The notes below the pieces were generated by a model, which worked only from the letters and a program-made list of their open reading frames with translations, was not told the origin of the DNA and searched no databases. Shown here piece after piece: positions 20,302 to 31,856 of a stretch of DNA of 64,000 nt; positions within the stretch are counted from its first letter, which is position 1, and each line of letters starts with the position of its first letter. The stretch is taken from NCBI GenBank assembly GCA_963663405.2, contig CAXXSM010000025.1, positions 1 to 64,000 on the forward strand, in the 5' to 3' direction. Made by a program: the position numbers and the translations under genes. The stretch is from a bacterium (GTDB lineage Bacteria > Hinthialibacterota > Hinthialibacteria > Hinthialibacterales > Hinthialibacteraceae).

Positions 20302-21429
20302 ATGAAATTTGTGAAACTCATCAATCTCATTCAGGCGTATATCGATTTACTGCTCGCGCGGGAAAAACCTAAAGCGTTCCCCCTTGAACTCTCCCTAGGG
20401 ACAACCTCGTACTGCAATCTCAAGTGTATCATGTGTCCGCGAGAAGACAATGAAGAGAATATCATGCCCTGCGACGGCCATCTGGGAATCGATTATTATA
20501 AACAGATGCAAGCGTATTTAAAGCGGGCGAAGGGGGTCAGCCTCTACGGGTTGGGTGAACCGATGATTGATAAGGATTATTTCAATCAAGTTCGCTACGT
20601 CAATTCATTCGGCGCGGATGTCAGTCTCTCCTCGAATGGCACATTGATGGATGAAAAACGCTGCCGTGAAGCGATTGAATCCGGGATCAAAGCCATCGGG
20701 ATTTCCCTCGACGCCTCGACGGAAGAGACATTTTCCGTTGTGCGTCCACCGGGGAAATTTCATGAAGTAATCGATAATATCAAGCGCTTGACACGCATGA
20801 AAAAGGAGATGGGAAGCGCGACACCGATCTTAAATCTATCGTTTGGGATTATGCGGCAGAACCTGAACGACCTACCCGCCTTTCCCGATTTAGCAAAGGA
20901 ACTGGGATGTGAAGAATTGGTCATTCATCCCGTTATTTACCAATCCAAGGCGGCGAAAGATAAATTATCCGTCGACCGGGAAGCCCTCTTGGAAGCTGTA
21001 GAAATCGCCCGGAAGAAGGCGGAAGAACATGGCGCCTCGTTCAGTTTTTGGGACCTGGATCCGATGATCTATCTTCACGCCCTGGAATACGCCAAAGAAA
21101 ATCAAAGCCCTGGCGCCATCCCGGAGACGAACAAAAAAAGTGGGAAACCATCCCATTTTTGTTTCTTTTTATGGCGCAACGCCATGATCCAAGGAGAAGG
21201 AGAGCTCTTTCCCTGTTGTTATATTACCAACATCCGGCTTGGTAATGTGGATGAGGGCAATTTGAACGCGTTGCGGGGACATCCTCAATTAGCCGCGTTG
21301 CGCCGGCGGATCTTCAACGGCGCGCCGCCGTCTCCCTGCGCCCATTGTCCACAGCTGTATCCTTACCATCGATGGAATATAATAAAAAGTGGTTTGCAGG
21401 AAATGAAAAACCTATTATTCCAGAAATAA
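20302..21429 (+). CDS. Radical SAM/SPASM-domain protein
   Basis: CNLKCIMC, GLGEP, C-terminal CFFLW..PCC..CAHC. Confidence 0.9.
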   Translation: MKFVKLINLIQAYIDLLLAREKPKAFPLELSLGTTSYCNLKCIMCPREDNEENIMPCDGHLGIDYYKQMQAYLKRAKGVSLYGLGEPMIDKDYFNQVRYVNSFGADVSLSSNGTLMDEKRCREAIESGIKAIGISLDASTEETFSVVRPPGKFHEVIDNIKRLTRMKKEMGSATPILNLSFGIMRQNLNDLPAFPDLAKELGCEELVIHPVIYQSKAAKDKLSVDREALLEAVEIARKKAEEHGASFSFWDLDPMIYLHALEYAKENQSPGAIPETNKKSGKPSHFCFFLWRNAMIQGEGELFPCCYITNIRLGNVDEGNLNALRGHPQLAALRRRIFNGAPPSPCAHCPQLYPYHRWNIIKSGLQEMKNLLFQK

Positions 21430-21469
21430 CAAAGTGTAAGAACTTCCAGATGGCTTTATCGGACAAGTT

Positions 21470-23074
21470 ATGGCATCCGTAAAAACTGATGTACCCGCAT
21501 TGAATACCCTTCATCTCGAATGCGGCGCGAAAGAATCCGCGCTCTACTATTTCACCTATCCCGGTATGGATAACCTGGTTTTATTCGCTTATACCAGTTC
21601 GAGTGGAAAAATGGGGCGTGATTGGCGCCATCATTGCGCGGATGTGGAATTCATTCAACAAATCCAAAACAACCCAACACCTTTTGCGTTCGAGGGAGAG
21701 CCAATCGTTCGCGTTCCCAAATCCACGATCGCTTTTCCAATCATTTCCGGGAAAAATCCCATTGGTGTGCTCATCTTTTCTTTTGATGACGCGGCGCCTT
21801 CCCTCGAATCCTTCCAGGATTTCACGCAATCTCACGAAGGTCCTCTATTTGACGCTTGGATCGATTTTTTAGTGGCCGAGCAGTCTCGTCCTCTATCCGT
21901 GCTGTTCAACATCGCTGGCAGCATCTCCTCCTCCCTGGATCTCGACCGGGTGCTCCTCAACGTCGTCGAACAGGCGACGCGCCTTTTCCGCGCGAAAATC
22001 AGTTCTCTCATGCTGGTGAATAAAAAAACTCGTGAACTGGAGATGATCACCGCTTACGGATGCAGTCTTGAATACTTGGAAAAGCCCAACGTCCCACTGG
22101 ATGGTTCGTCGCTAGGAACGGTGGTCAAAGACAACACCGTCTTTCAGATCCAGAATATCTTCGAAGAGCCATTATACCTGCATAAGGAATTCGCCTTACG
22201 GGAAGGGGTCTGCTCATTGTTGGCGGCGCCGATCTCGTTTCAGCGGCAGGTGCTGGGCGTGTTGAATATTTATTTTACTATCCCCCGCCGCTTTCAAAGT
22301 TCTGAAGTAGAATTACTACAGACCTTCGCCAATCACGCCGCCGTCGCCATTAGCAATGTCCGCGTTCACGAGCAGATCCTAGCCATGGAAGAACAACTCC
22401 AAGTTTCGGACAAACTCTCTTCCCTGGGCGAATTGGCCGCCGGCCTCGCGCATGAGATTCGCAATCCATTAGCCGTTATTAATATGCTTGTTCATTCTTG
22501 GAAAACAGCCCCTCCGGCGTCGGAGGATTTTGCGCATGACGTAGACGTTGTCGCGCAGAAGATCGAAGGATTGAACGGCCTTGTGTCCGATCTGCTCAAT
22601 TTGGCGAAATCCCGCGCCTTCGATCCAAAACCGGTGAATTTCGATGATTTAATCGACCGGCTTTTCCGTTTGCTGCGCCATCGTATCCATCATCAGCGCA
22701 TCACCGTTGAGAAAAGAATCCACGTCACGAATCCAGTCGTAACCGTCGATCGCGAACGCATAGAGCAAGCGATCGTAAACCTGCTGTTAAACGCCCTTGA
22801 CGTAACGCCCGAAAATGGAACCATCACAATCACCTTAAGCGAACGGCAAGGCCAATTCGCGATCGATATCGCCGATTCCGGGCCAGGAATCCCTGAACAC
22901 CAAACCGCTGATCTCTTCAAAGCCTTCTTTACCACCAAACAAAAAGGCACGGGTCTAGGTCTCCCCATGACCCGCCGCATCGTTGAAGAACACAAAGGAA
23001 CCATCACCCTCAGCCGCAACGGCGGCGCCGGCGCCACCTTCACCATCCTCCTCCCCAAGCTGATTGAAGAATGA
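21470..23074 (+). CDS. GAF-domain sensor histidine kinase
   Basis: GAF region; AHEIRNPL H-box, NLLLNA, DSGPGI, GTGLGL. Confidence 0.92.
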   Translation: MASVKTDVPALNTLHLECGAKESALYYFTYPGMDNLVLFAYTSSSGKMGRDWRHHCADVEFIQQIQNNPTPFAFEGEPIVRVPKSTIAFPIISGKNPIGVLIFSFDDAAPSLESFQDFTQSHEGPLFDAWIDFLVAEQSRPLSVLFNIAGSISSSLDLDRVLLNVVEQATRLFRAKISSLMLVNKKTRELEMITAYGCSLEYLEKPNVPLDGSSLGTVVKDNTVFQIQNIFEEPLYLHKEFALREGVCSLLAAPISFQRQVLGVLNIYFTIPRRFQSSEVELLQTFANHAAVAISNVRVHEQILAMEEQLQVSDKLSSLGELAAGLAHEIRNPLAVINMLVHSWKTAPPASEDFAHDVDVVAQKIEGLNGLVSDLLNLAKSRAFDPKPVNFDDLIDRLFRLLRHRIHHQRITVEKRIHVTNPVVTVDRERIEQAIVNLLLNALDVTPENGTITITLSERQGQFAIDIADSGPGIPEHQTADLFKAFFTTKQKGTGLGLPMTRRIVEEHKGTITLSRNGGAGATFTILLPKLIEE

Positions 23075-24502
23075 CAGTAAAAATTGAATACAATCCATAC
23101 CATGATTTGTTTATTCAAAAAACTTGACGCTGTGTATCTTTATGTGAGAGAATTGGGGAAAGTCACTAAATCAATCCAATTTTTTTGGAGGATGATAAAC
23201 AATGAGAAATATAGGATCAATATTCGGATTCGTGGTCGTTCTATTACTCACATTCAGTCTCGCCGGGTATGCGCAGGATTTTCCCCCTCGCACACAGTAC
23301 GTCCATTATTTAGGGGATATCGAAGGAGTGGAGCCACCAATAATCGATGGCATCCTTGATGACGCCGCATGGCTTCACACAGCCCAAGGAAGTGGACCGG
23401 GGCAGAATTTCAATCACCAAAATATGATTATCAAAATATTCCCGGAAATCGCTTCCGATGATCCCACACAACCAGGTGTTCTGGATGGGGAAGTTCCAAT
23501 CGATGATACGGATTTATTATACATGGTCTGGATGACCTATGACGACACCTATCTGTATGTCGCCGTAACAACCCAAGATTGGGATTTATTAACCGCTGTT
23601 GAAGCCGGATCGGAAGATGGAGAAACGTGGAACGATGATTCGGTTGAACTCTTCTTTGATGGCAATCACAACGCGGTTGAAGGGGATGTAAACGATCACC
23701 CCGAAGAATACGAGACCGGTGGCCAATTCGTATTGACGGCCAACGGCGCCCGCCGTGACGCTGAAGCGGGTGATCCAACATTCGGAGAGGGAGACGACGC
23801 AGATTGGTACGCTACCGTTTGGGATACGGATAACTTCGATGGTATGAATTATGAATTCCGGATAAAGTTATCGAAAATCGGCAATCCGCAAAAAGGCGAT
23901 ACGATCGGTTTTAATATCGCCGTCAACGATTCAGACACGACCTCTGGCGTGCGGGATTCTCAATTGCTTTGGGTTGGCGCGCCGCATCAAGAAAGCACCT
24001 ATGGCGATTTGATTTTCGGCCGCCGCGAAATCACCATTCCATTGGTTACGGATCCCGTCGTTATCGATGGTGCGCTGGATGAGACAGCTTGGTCAAAAGC
24101 CATTCGTGATTATATGAATATCCACACATGCACATTCAATACCGGCATGTTATTTACCAGCCTTGAGGATATGTCGACTGAAATCCTCTTGTTCCACGAT
24201 ACGGATTATTTGTATATCGCATATGATGTAACAGATGATATTGTCAGGGCGGACACAGGAGAACCGAATTCCGCCGGCGCGAGCATTTGGAACGATGACG
24301 CGGCGGAAATAATGATTGATGGTGATATCAGCAGAACCGAAGGAGCTAATATTGGATGGGGCGCAAGTATGAAGATAATGATTACACCCAACAACTCCAT
24401 CAATACAGCCGATGTATTCTTCTATGGTGAATCAGAAGAAGATGACTGGTTCGGGAAAGCCACGGAAACAGACAAGGGATATATTCTAGAAGTGAAAATA
24501 TT

Positions 24503-25693
24503 GGTGATGTCCCCAAATTATTGACATATTGATGGGAACCATAACAATTCAGCGAGTGACCATGGATGATCGGTCAATTCAGCAGCCATCGCTGGCGTTT
24601 TAGGAGTAAATGATCGATCGCTCTGCCGACTCAAAGTCTCATGGGGCCGGATGAAATTGTAACAAGCGACCACCAATGAAAATTTGGCTTTTAACCAGCG
24701 TATGGATTTGGCGAATGTCGTCGATTGCCGTCTCAAATGGGCGTCCCATAATCGCCAATTCAAGTTCGATCGTTCAACGAAAGATGTATTTACTGTGTTA
24801 CTTGGTGTACTTTCCAACCGATTGGCAATCCGGCTCTCCGAGCCAAAAACCACTTTGGTTTCAACGTTCACTATACACCCATTTTTTCGGGTCTTATGAA
24901 CGGTTGCGTAATCCAAATCTTCATGGACAATTTTCTCCGGATTTTTGGGGCGGCCTCGCTGCCCCGTCGGTTCCGGCTGAATCAGCGTGTGAAACATCTC
25001 TTCGAGTCCATTCTCGTAATGGGGGAGTTCATCCGACACAAATAAGGGTTTCTCGTTCATTCGTGAAATCAAGTCTTTTAAAAAACTGTGTGCGTCTTCC
25101 AGCGTCCGATCTCCAATGAGAAACGTGATGATTAATCGGGTTGTGCTATCAATGGCCGTCCAGATCCATGTCCGCCCATACTCCTTTTCCAATTCTTCTT
25201 CGCTAACACTTTTCTTTTTTTTACAAAGGTCCAGAGTTCGTCCAGTTGGACCTCGGTCATCTGGAGGGAATGGAGTAAATTGGATAAAACCAAAGCACAG
25301 TGTTCACCGGCGCGAAGGATGACTCGGTTCACTGTGTCTTTATCAAGATTCAGTAATCGAGCGGTTCCGCGAACGCTGACTCCTTCCGCCGCATGGTGAA
25401 TAATCTGTTGAATCGTTTCACCGGGGAGATGAAGTCCAAAAAAAGCCGTACACTTGGTTTCCGCGAAGCGATGGCCGCAAGTCCGACAATAGAGAAGAGT
25501 CCTTGTTTTGTCTTTCCCATACATTCCACGCGTCCCGATGTTATTTTGATTTCTCAATCCGTAATCTTTACAATCCTTGTTTGGGCAAAACACATTCGTC
25601 AAGGCTGTCATAACTCACCTCCAAGAAAGTTTTCTTCTTGAAGGTAATATTATACTCACTATAATTTATTGTCAACTATGAAGGGACATTACC
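24503..25693 (-). mobile_element. IS1-family insertion sequence (1191 bp), 8-bp TSD AAAATATT
   Basis: Terminal IRs GGTGATGTCCC..TTGACA and GGTAATGTCCC..TTGACA; TSD at 24495-24502 and 25694-25701. Confidence 0.95.
24518..25611 (-). CDS. IS1-family transposase, InsA/InsB joined by -1 frameshift
   Basis: Zn ribbon CPNKDC..CRTC, HTH, DELWTFVKK, WIWTAID, SDE, VERSN; slippery A8G at 25214-25222. Confidence 0.9.
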
Positions 25694-25974
25694 AAAATAT
25701 TAAAGGAAGCGTTTATGCCTGATCCAACCGCTAAGGAAATCGGTTTCTCTCTCGCTATCGACGATGATGACAACGATGACGGAGGGGAAGGTGTGGCGGA
25801 CCGGGATGCTCAAATGCGTTGGAACGGAACGCCAAACCGTGAGAACACCTACGGCGTCTTAATCTTTGGAGAAGAACCGACCGCCGTTTCCAGTTGGGAA
25901 CTATTCTAAAATGAAACAGTATAAAACTGTAATCTAAGTTTTGAAACTATGAATAATCTTAATAGTATCCCTCT

Positions 25975-26586
25975 TTAATACGATACAGCGACATCATTTC
26001 CCGTGAAATTCTGTCCTAAAATGCCTTTATCAGCGACAACAATATCCCCTACACTGATTAAACCATTACTCGGTTCATACGCCATCCAATATGCGAGCCG
26101 CTGAGGATTTACAATGTACCACCGGTCCGGCGCTGGGCTCCGCGTCACGAAACTGGCGTTCGCATCAATACCAGTGGTCCCGCTAGCGCGCATCTGATCG
26201 ATGTTCCGGTAGTGATACGTGCCCACTTTAACGGATTCCCACGCCGCGCCGCTGTATTCATTCGTTTCGGGAACGAAGGGATCGTAAAACGCTCCGCCAT
26301 TGATATACGAAACCGGCGTCGTCAAGTATTTCCAGACTTGCAGGGCGTCGCTCTGTCCACCTACGACCCCGATCTGCGTCGGATCGGGAATCACGGAATT
26401 ATTGTCAACGCGATACATCCCAATCGCGGAGCCGATCGAACGAAGATCGGCCAGCGCCCGCGCCACTTTGGCCCGTACCTGCGCGTTCAGAAAATTCGGC
26501 ACGGCGATCGCCGCCAGAATACCTATTATCGCCACAACTATAAGCAACTCGATCAATGTAAATCCTTTATTATTTTTGTGGTTCAT
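25975..26586 (-). CDS. Prepilin-type N-terminal cleavage/methylation (GspG-like) protein
   Basis: KG|FTLIELLIVVAIIGILAAIAVPNFLNAQVRAK. Confidence 0.9.
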   Translation of the reverse strand: MNHKNNKGFTLIELLIVVAIIGILAAIAVPNFLNAQVRAKVARALADLRSIGSAIGMYRVDNNSVIPDPTQIGVVGGQSDALQVWKYLTTPVSYINGGAFYDPFVPETNEYSGAAWESVKVGTYHYRNIDQMRASGTTGIDANASFVTRSPAPDRWYIVNPQRLAYWMAYEPSNGLISVGDIVVADKGILGQNFTGNDVAVSY

Positions 26587-26923
26587 AAGTAGTACTCCTT
26601 CAACATGGTTTCTCTTTTACTGGCGGTTATGGCGCGTAAGTTCTTATTGCAGTTTAAAAACCTATATTCCTTACTTCATTCTATGCTTCATGATAACCAG
26701 TAAATGAATCAATTGAAGGAATTATGATCCTGCTTTTTAAAAATTGAGAATATTCCAAATCAACTCATTCCACATAATGGTTAATAATCTATAACGCCCA
26801 TCTGGGCGTCTATAATAAAAAATTCTCATTGCGTAGACAAACAAACCGCCTCGGACGACAACATCAATAGAACCGTACGGTGAGCGCTCAAACAATACCG
26901 GTAAATGTAAGAATGAGGTGATT

Positions 26924-27457
26924 ATGGCAAACACGATCGATGAACGAGATTACGATCTCTTGATTGAACCGGTCAAACAACAAATGATCCGTTCGATATG
27001 GAGAATCGTACGCGACGCCGGAGACGCGGAGGAAGTTCTACAGGAATCATTCGAGGTGATTTGGAAACAGATCAAGAAAATCAAGCGGCATCCAAATCCC
27101 CATCCTTTAATTCTTCGAATCTGTATCTGTGTCAGTTACGACTTTCTTAGAAAAAAGATACGAAATCAGAAACGAATCGAACGGATGGATTTCAAAGAAA
27201 TTCCTGTTGAATCACCTCACACCGCGAGTGGCGATCTGCTCTCAAAAGAAATCAAACAAGAGATCGATTCAGCAATCATCCAATTGCCCAGAAGGCAGGC
27301 TGAAGCCGTCCTGATGCGTTTCATTCAGGATCAACCCTACAACGCCATCGCGCAGTCGATGGGATGCAGCGAAACAACGGTTCGCACGCATATCGAGCGT
27401 GGACGAGTTAAACTCAAACAACTTCTCGCTCACCTGGAACCGGAAACAACCAGTTAG
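26924..27457 (+). CDS. ECF sigma-70 factor
   Basis: DAEEVLQESF..W, LPRRQAEAVLMR, TVRTHIERGR. Confidence 0.9.
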   Translation: MANTIDERDYDLLIEPVKQQMIRSIWRIVRDAGDAEEVLQESFEVIWKQIKKIKRHPNPHPLILRICICVSYDFLRKKIRNQKRIERMDFKEIPVESPHTASGDLLSKEIKQEIDSAIIQLPRRQAEAVLMRFIQDQPYNAIAQSMGCSETTVRTHIERGRVKLKQLLAHLEPETTS

Positions 27458-27467
27458 GAGAAAAAAA

Positions 27468-29084
27468 ATGAATAAAGAAATTAATAAAAATGGACTCAAC
27501 CATATCTTCAATTCATCGGATATTCTGCCCAAAGAAGTCGAATCCCGCTTGGAAAGCCAATTCGTGGATTTTCGCAAACGGTTCGCCAAAGCGGAAGAAT
27601 CTCCATCTTATTCATTCGGGCTGTTCCAGTTTAGAAACGCTTGGATCTGGTCGAGCGCGTCAGCGCTGGGAGTCACGTTTATAATCCTCGCGCTCACAGT
27701 CTTCAATTCTAATCACAACGATGTCTTCGCCAAAACCATTGAAGCGCTTAAATCCGTTCAAACCGTCCATGTCGAAGGATGGACATACTTTAAATGCATG
27801 ATTGAAAGTGATGGAATTCCAATATCGAAACCGGAAGAAACGAAATGGCATTTTGAACGCTGGGAATGGATCGAACCAGACGGTCAGATCAAATCGTATC
27901 GCGAAGGCGGTCCCTATATTGTCTTTGAAACAAGCGAACGAAAATACATGTACAACAAAGAAACAGAAAAACTGAACGTCAGCGAATATACAAATGCAAG
28001 AATGATCGACGAAGCTCCTTCCATGGCGTTCCGCCTTTTTAATGACTTAACACCGGAAAAAATGCGGATCGATTTGGGATCACATGAGATCGAAGGGATC
28101 CAATGCTATGGCAGGCGGATGGAGATGACTCACCTTGGAATTACGCTATACCAAGATTATTGGTTCGGAGTGGAAAGCGCGTTGCCTCATGTGATCTCTT
28201 GCACATTTAAAAGAGATGATCATGTTCAAGAGGTATCACGTATGTATATCAAGTATGACGAACCGGTTCCGGAAAGCATCCTAACCTATCAGCCGCCTCA
28301 ATCCGAAGTGACAGAGAATTCGCCGAAACTCGATCCAAAACAAGACTCTTGGGAAAATCATCTCCAAAATTTGGCCCAATATTACCAGACAAATCCTTTA
28401 CCCGAATTCATGGAACTCATTCCTCGATCCTTTTCTCGTGGTTTTAGTTCCTATGGCTATCCTGCGACAATGCCAGGGATTATTGGATACCAAGTCATAC
28501 CGATCAAATACGAATTCCACATATTTCTGGAAGATTGGAAACCCGGCCAAGTCCGTTTGGCCGACAGCGCCCGGTCGTTTCTACCCAACCATGATTTGAT
28601 TTACAAAGTACTGCCGGAAGATCAGGGTCAAATCATGCCGGAGTATCAAATTCTCTTCGTTTTAGACAAACTGGGATTGAAAGTTCGGGAAATCGAAGAA
28701 TCGCGCCAAGTATGGACCGCCAAACACGACGGTCGTGAAATGAAATTCTGGCAGGATATTCAACCCCCTATTTCAGATACAGGTGAAAAAATTGAAATAT
28801 CCGGCACAGGGCCAACTTACCTCAAACAGCTCTTCGAGAGTCTAATTAAAGTAAGGGATAATACGGGGAATAGTAACTTGACCGCGGATCACCTCTTTAT
28901 CATCGACGAAACCGGTTTGGCCGAAGCGTCAGATAAGCAGGATCCACTTCCGGTTAGTAACATCAGTCCTGATTGGCATGGTGTAAAAGATGAAACCATC
29001 CAACAATGGTTCTACGATGAATTTGGAATCACTTTCATCAATGAAGAACGAACCGTAACCATTTACGAAATTTACATGGATTGA
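27468..29084 (+). CDS. Putative single-pass anti-sigma factor with large periplasmic domain
   Basis: Directly follows the ECF sigma; short N-terminus, one TM helix, then large soluble region. Confidence 0.6.
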   Translation: MNKEINKNGLNHIFNSSDILPKEVESRLESQFVDFRKRFAKAEESPSYSFGLFQFRNAWIWSSASALGVTFIILALTVFNSNHNDVFAKTIEALKSVQTVHVEGWTYFKCMIESDGIPISKPEETKWHFERWEWIEPDGQIKSYREGGPYIVFETSERKYMYNKETEKLNVSEYTNARMIDEAPSMAFRLFNDLTPEKMRIDLGSHEIEGIQCYGRRMEMTHLGITLYQDYWFGVESALPHVISCTFKRDDHVQEVSRMYIKYDEPVPESILTYQPPQSEVTENSPKLDPKQDSWENHLQNLAQYYQTNPLPEFMELIPRSFSRGFSSYGYPATMPGIIGYQVIPIKYEFHIFLEDWKPGQVRLADSARSFLPNHDLIYKVLPEDQGQIMPEYQILFVLDKLGLKVREIEESRQVWTAKHDGREMKFWQDIQPPISDTGEKIEISGTGPTYLKQLFESLIKVRDNTGNSNLTADHLFIIDETGLAEASDKQDPLPVSNISPDWHGVKDETIQQWFYDEFGITFINEERTVTIYEIYMD

Positions 29085-29228
29085 AATAACAATCGCAAAT
29101 CCCACCCAGTACACCCACAGATAGAATAAATCTCCCCAAACTTTTTCTAAGAACCGAACGGTCAAATGAGCCGTAATCCTTGCGTCACACCCTATGGTTT
29201 TTATAATCTTTCCAATCCCGTTTAACGG

Positions 29229-29933
29229 ATGAACTCGATTGACAAGGATAACCTCATGCTTTTATCGGTCGTCATGCCGGTGTACAACGAAGAAGACACC
29301 ATCCAGGAAATTATTAACAAAGTCTTAGAGGAAAAGACGAACAAAGAACTCATCATCGTCGATGACGGCTCGAAAGACCGTTCCCGTGAACTCCTCCGCG
29401 CCATTAACGATGAACGGGTAAAAGTGTTCTTCCATACTCACAATCAAGGCAAAGCCGGCGCGATTCGGACCGCGTTGCAGCATATTTCCGGCGATGTCGT
29501 CATCATTCAAGACGCGGACCTGGAATACAATCCCCAAGAATACGAACGCCTGATCCGTCCCATCGATATGAACAAAGCCGACGTGGTCTATGGCTCCCGT
29601 TTTAGCGGACCGGAACAGCGGGTGCTTTATTTTTGGCACTTTGTGGGCAACAAGTTTCTGACTCTCGTCTCCAATATGCTGACAAACCTGAACTTGTCGG
29701 ATATGGAGACATGCTATAAAGCCTTCCGGACCGATATCATAAAACAAATTGAAATTGAATCCGGCCGTTTTGGCATTGAACCGGAACTGACCGCCAAAGT
29801 GGCTAAATTGGGCTGCCGCGTCTATGAAGTTCCCATCTCCTATTATGGGCGCGATTATTCGGAAGGAAAAAAAATAACCTGGAAGGATGGATTTGAAGCC
29901 ATCTGGTACATCTTGAAATTCAATTTGTTCTAA
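29229..29933 (+). CDS. GT2 glycosyltransferase (polyprenol-phosphate glycosyltransferase-like)
   Basis: SVVMPVYNE, VDDGSKD, QDADLEY, DMETCYK. Confidence 0.92.
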   Translation: MNSIDKDNLMLLSVVMPVYNEEDTIQEIINKVLEEKTNKELIIVDDGSKDRSRELLRAINDERVKVFFHTHNQGKAGAIRTALQHISGDVVIIQDADLEYNPQEYERLIRPIDMNKADVVYGSRFSGPEQRVLYFWHFVGNKFLTLVSNMLTNLNLSDMETCYKAFRTDIIKQIEIESGRFGIEPELTAKVAKLGCRVYEVPISYYGRDYSEGKKITWKDGFEAIWYILKFNLF

Positions 29934-29937
29934 TCCA

Positions 29938-31533
29938 ATGTCCAAACGTTTTCTCACACTCGTTCTCGCTGCGCTGGCCTTCCGCCTGGTGTATGTTTTT
30001 CTATTAACTCCCCTCATCGGTGAATGGATTCCCGGCGTGTATCCCCTTTTCGATGGGGACGGTTATCAGAAATCCGCCGAAACACTTCATAACGGCGATT
30101 ATCTCTTCGACCCAAGTAAAATCCGCCGTATGCCCCTCTATCCCGCTTACATCGCCTTTTTCACCAATTGGACCTATGGTTCTTCCCTGCTAAGCGAAAA
30201 CGATATTTTAGATTGGAATCAATTCTGTGCGAATCTCCAAACGGATCAGAGAGATCAAGATTTTTATCTCAGCCGCTGGATTTGGAAAACCATCCCCAGC
30301 GAAGCCCGGCGGGCTATTGAAAAAGCCGCTGCTGGAAACGCTCTCGATTCTAAAGAAAAAAAGGCCCTCCTTAGTTCTCTAAACGAATTCATCCAAGATC
30401 CGGCGTTTTACCAGGGACGGCTCTTCAATGAGATTTCCCTTTCCAACGAGGCGAAATCCATCTTGCGGCGGGATACAAATGAACTCTCGAACCAGGAATT
30501 CCAACGCCGCAACCGGCTTCTCCTCGAAGCCGCCTATCCCCAAATCGCGCACAGCGGAGCGCTTGTTCCATTAACCCTTATCCGGCTTTGGCACGTCTTG
30601 CTGGATACTATTGTTCTATGTTGTGTCTATATTTTTGTCCGTAAGATGTTCGATGAACCATCCGCCCTGATCGCGGGATCATTATACAGCGTTTATCCTC
30701 TCGCCATTTACCGTCTCCCTATGGTGAATATTGAAATCATCCAATCGGCGGCGCTGGCGATCTCGATCGTAGGAGTCAACCAGTTTCTCGAATCCCCCCG
30801 CGTTCGATCCGCTCTTTTTGTTTCATTGTTGGTGGCGGTTCTTTTGTTTATCAATCCCGCGTCACAATTCCTTTTCGCGTTCTTTGTTTTTACGTTGTTC
30901 TTCTTGATTCCCAGAAAACAAATCCTCCCAATCGCAACGGCGATTGTGCTGCCTGCTTTGCTTATTTCTCTTGCCTGGGGCGTCCGTAATTATTCCCTTA
31001 CAGGCAATTTCTTTCTCTTCGACACACGCGGCGGAAAAGAGATGTGGGTAGGCAACAACCAACAATGCCAGGGCCGCGAAGAAGGCCCCGATCGGCGATG
31101 GATAGAAGAACTGGGCCGGATTCGGGAAGAAGTCGATAAACAAGGCGGCACCCCCCAGGACATGAACCGGGTTCTCTTCCGCAAAGGCGTACAGCAGATT
31201 TTCGACAATCCTGCGGGAGCAATGCTTCTCTTCGCGAAAAAATTCGTCCGCTTCTGGTATGTTCCCGCTTCGGAACAGATGCTGGTCGTCACCTATCCCC
31301 TCCAAACTCTATATTTAATTCCCGCTCTGCTGGGTATAATTCTCACGGGCGCGCGGGGACGAGGGATCTGGATTCCGCTGATCGTCATTGCGTATTCCTG
31401 CGCGCTCTACACGGTCTCCTACGCCTGCATCCGCTACTGTCACCCCATTATGCCCTGGGTGTGCGCGTTGGCCGGTGTGGGGATCTATCGGATTTGGAAC
31501 AATGGAGCGCGGGCGTCCCCGCCCGTGATTTAA
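29938..31533 (+). CDS. GT-C (ArnT/PMT-like) membrane glycosyltransferase
   Basis: FDGDGY, RMPLYP, WGVRNY, IRYCHP; many TM helices; follows GT2. Confidence 0.75.
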   Translation: MSKRFLTLVLAALAFRLVYVFLLTPLIGEWIPGVYPLFDGDGYQKSAETLHNGDYLFDPSKIRRMPLYPAYIAFFTNWTYGSSLLSENDILDWNQFCANLQTDQRDQDFYLSRWIWKTIPSEARRAIEKAAAGNALDSKEKKALLSSLNEFIQDPAFYQGRLFNEISLSNEAKSILRRDTNELSNQEFQRRNRLLLEAAYPQIAHSGALVPLTLIRLWHVLLDTIVLCCVYIFVRKMFDEPSALIAGSLYSVYPLAIYRLPMVNIEIIQSAALAISIVGVNQFLESPRVRSALFVSLLVAVLLFINPASQFLFAFFVFTLFFLIPRKQILPIATAIVLPALLISLAWGVRNYSLTGNFFLFDTRGGKEMWVGNNQQCQGREEGPDRRWIEELGRIREEVDKQGGTPQDMNRVLFRKGVQQIFDNPAGAMLLFAKKFVRFWYVPASEQMLVVTYPLQTLYLIPALLGIILTGARGRGIWIPLIVIAYSCALYTVSYACIRYCHPIMPWVCALAGVGIYRIWNNGARASPPVI

Positions 31534-31571
31534 ATTGATCGTATCTAGGATCGATGGAAAGGAGTGGAGTC

Positions 31572-31856
31572 ATGAGCGCAAACAAACGAATTCACGCCTT
31601 TGTCAATGGACACGTGCAGGGAGTCGGTTTCCGATATTTCACCCAGCGCGAAGCCTCCCGGTTGGATCTCACAGGTGAAGTGCGCAATCTTCCCGATGGC
31701 CGCGTAGAGGTTGTGGCGGAGGGAGAAGAACCTGTTCTGATGGAATTTTTATCGATCCTCAAACGCGGCCCCTCCGCGTTTTCCCACGTCACATCCGTCG
31801 ATGCGGATTGGTCCTCAGCCCGTGGAGACTACAAGGATTTTGATGTTACATTTTGA
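31572..31856 (+). CDS. acyP: Acylphosphatase
   Basis: [26 protein letters not shown]. Confidence 0.95.
   Translation: MSANKRIHAFVNGHVQGVGFRYFTQREASRLDLTGEVRNLPDGRVEVVAEGEEPVLMEFLSILKRGPSAFSHVTSVDADWSSARGDYKDFDVTF

Larger units (their letters stand above)
23202..25909 (+). pseudogene. Secreted tandem CBM9/DOMON-like sugar-binding protein interrupted by IS1-family element
   Basis: Signal peptide; two IDG.LD..AW / D..YLY / WNDD..E..DG repeats; removing IS plus one TSD restores ...EVKILKEAFMPDPTAKEIGFSLAIDD...WELF* in frame. Confidence 0.85.
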
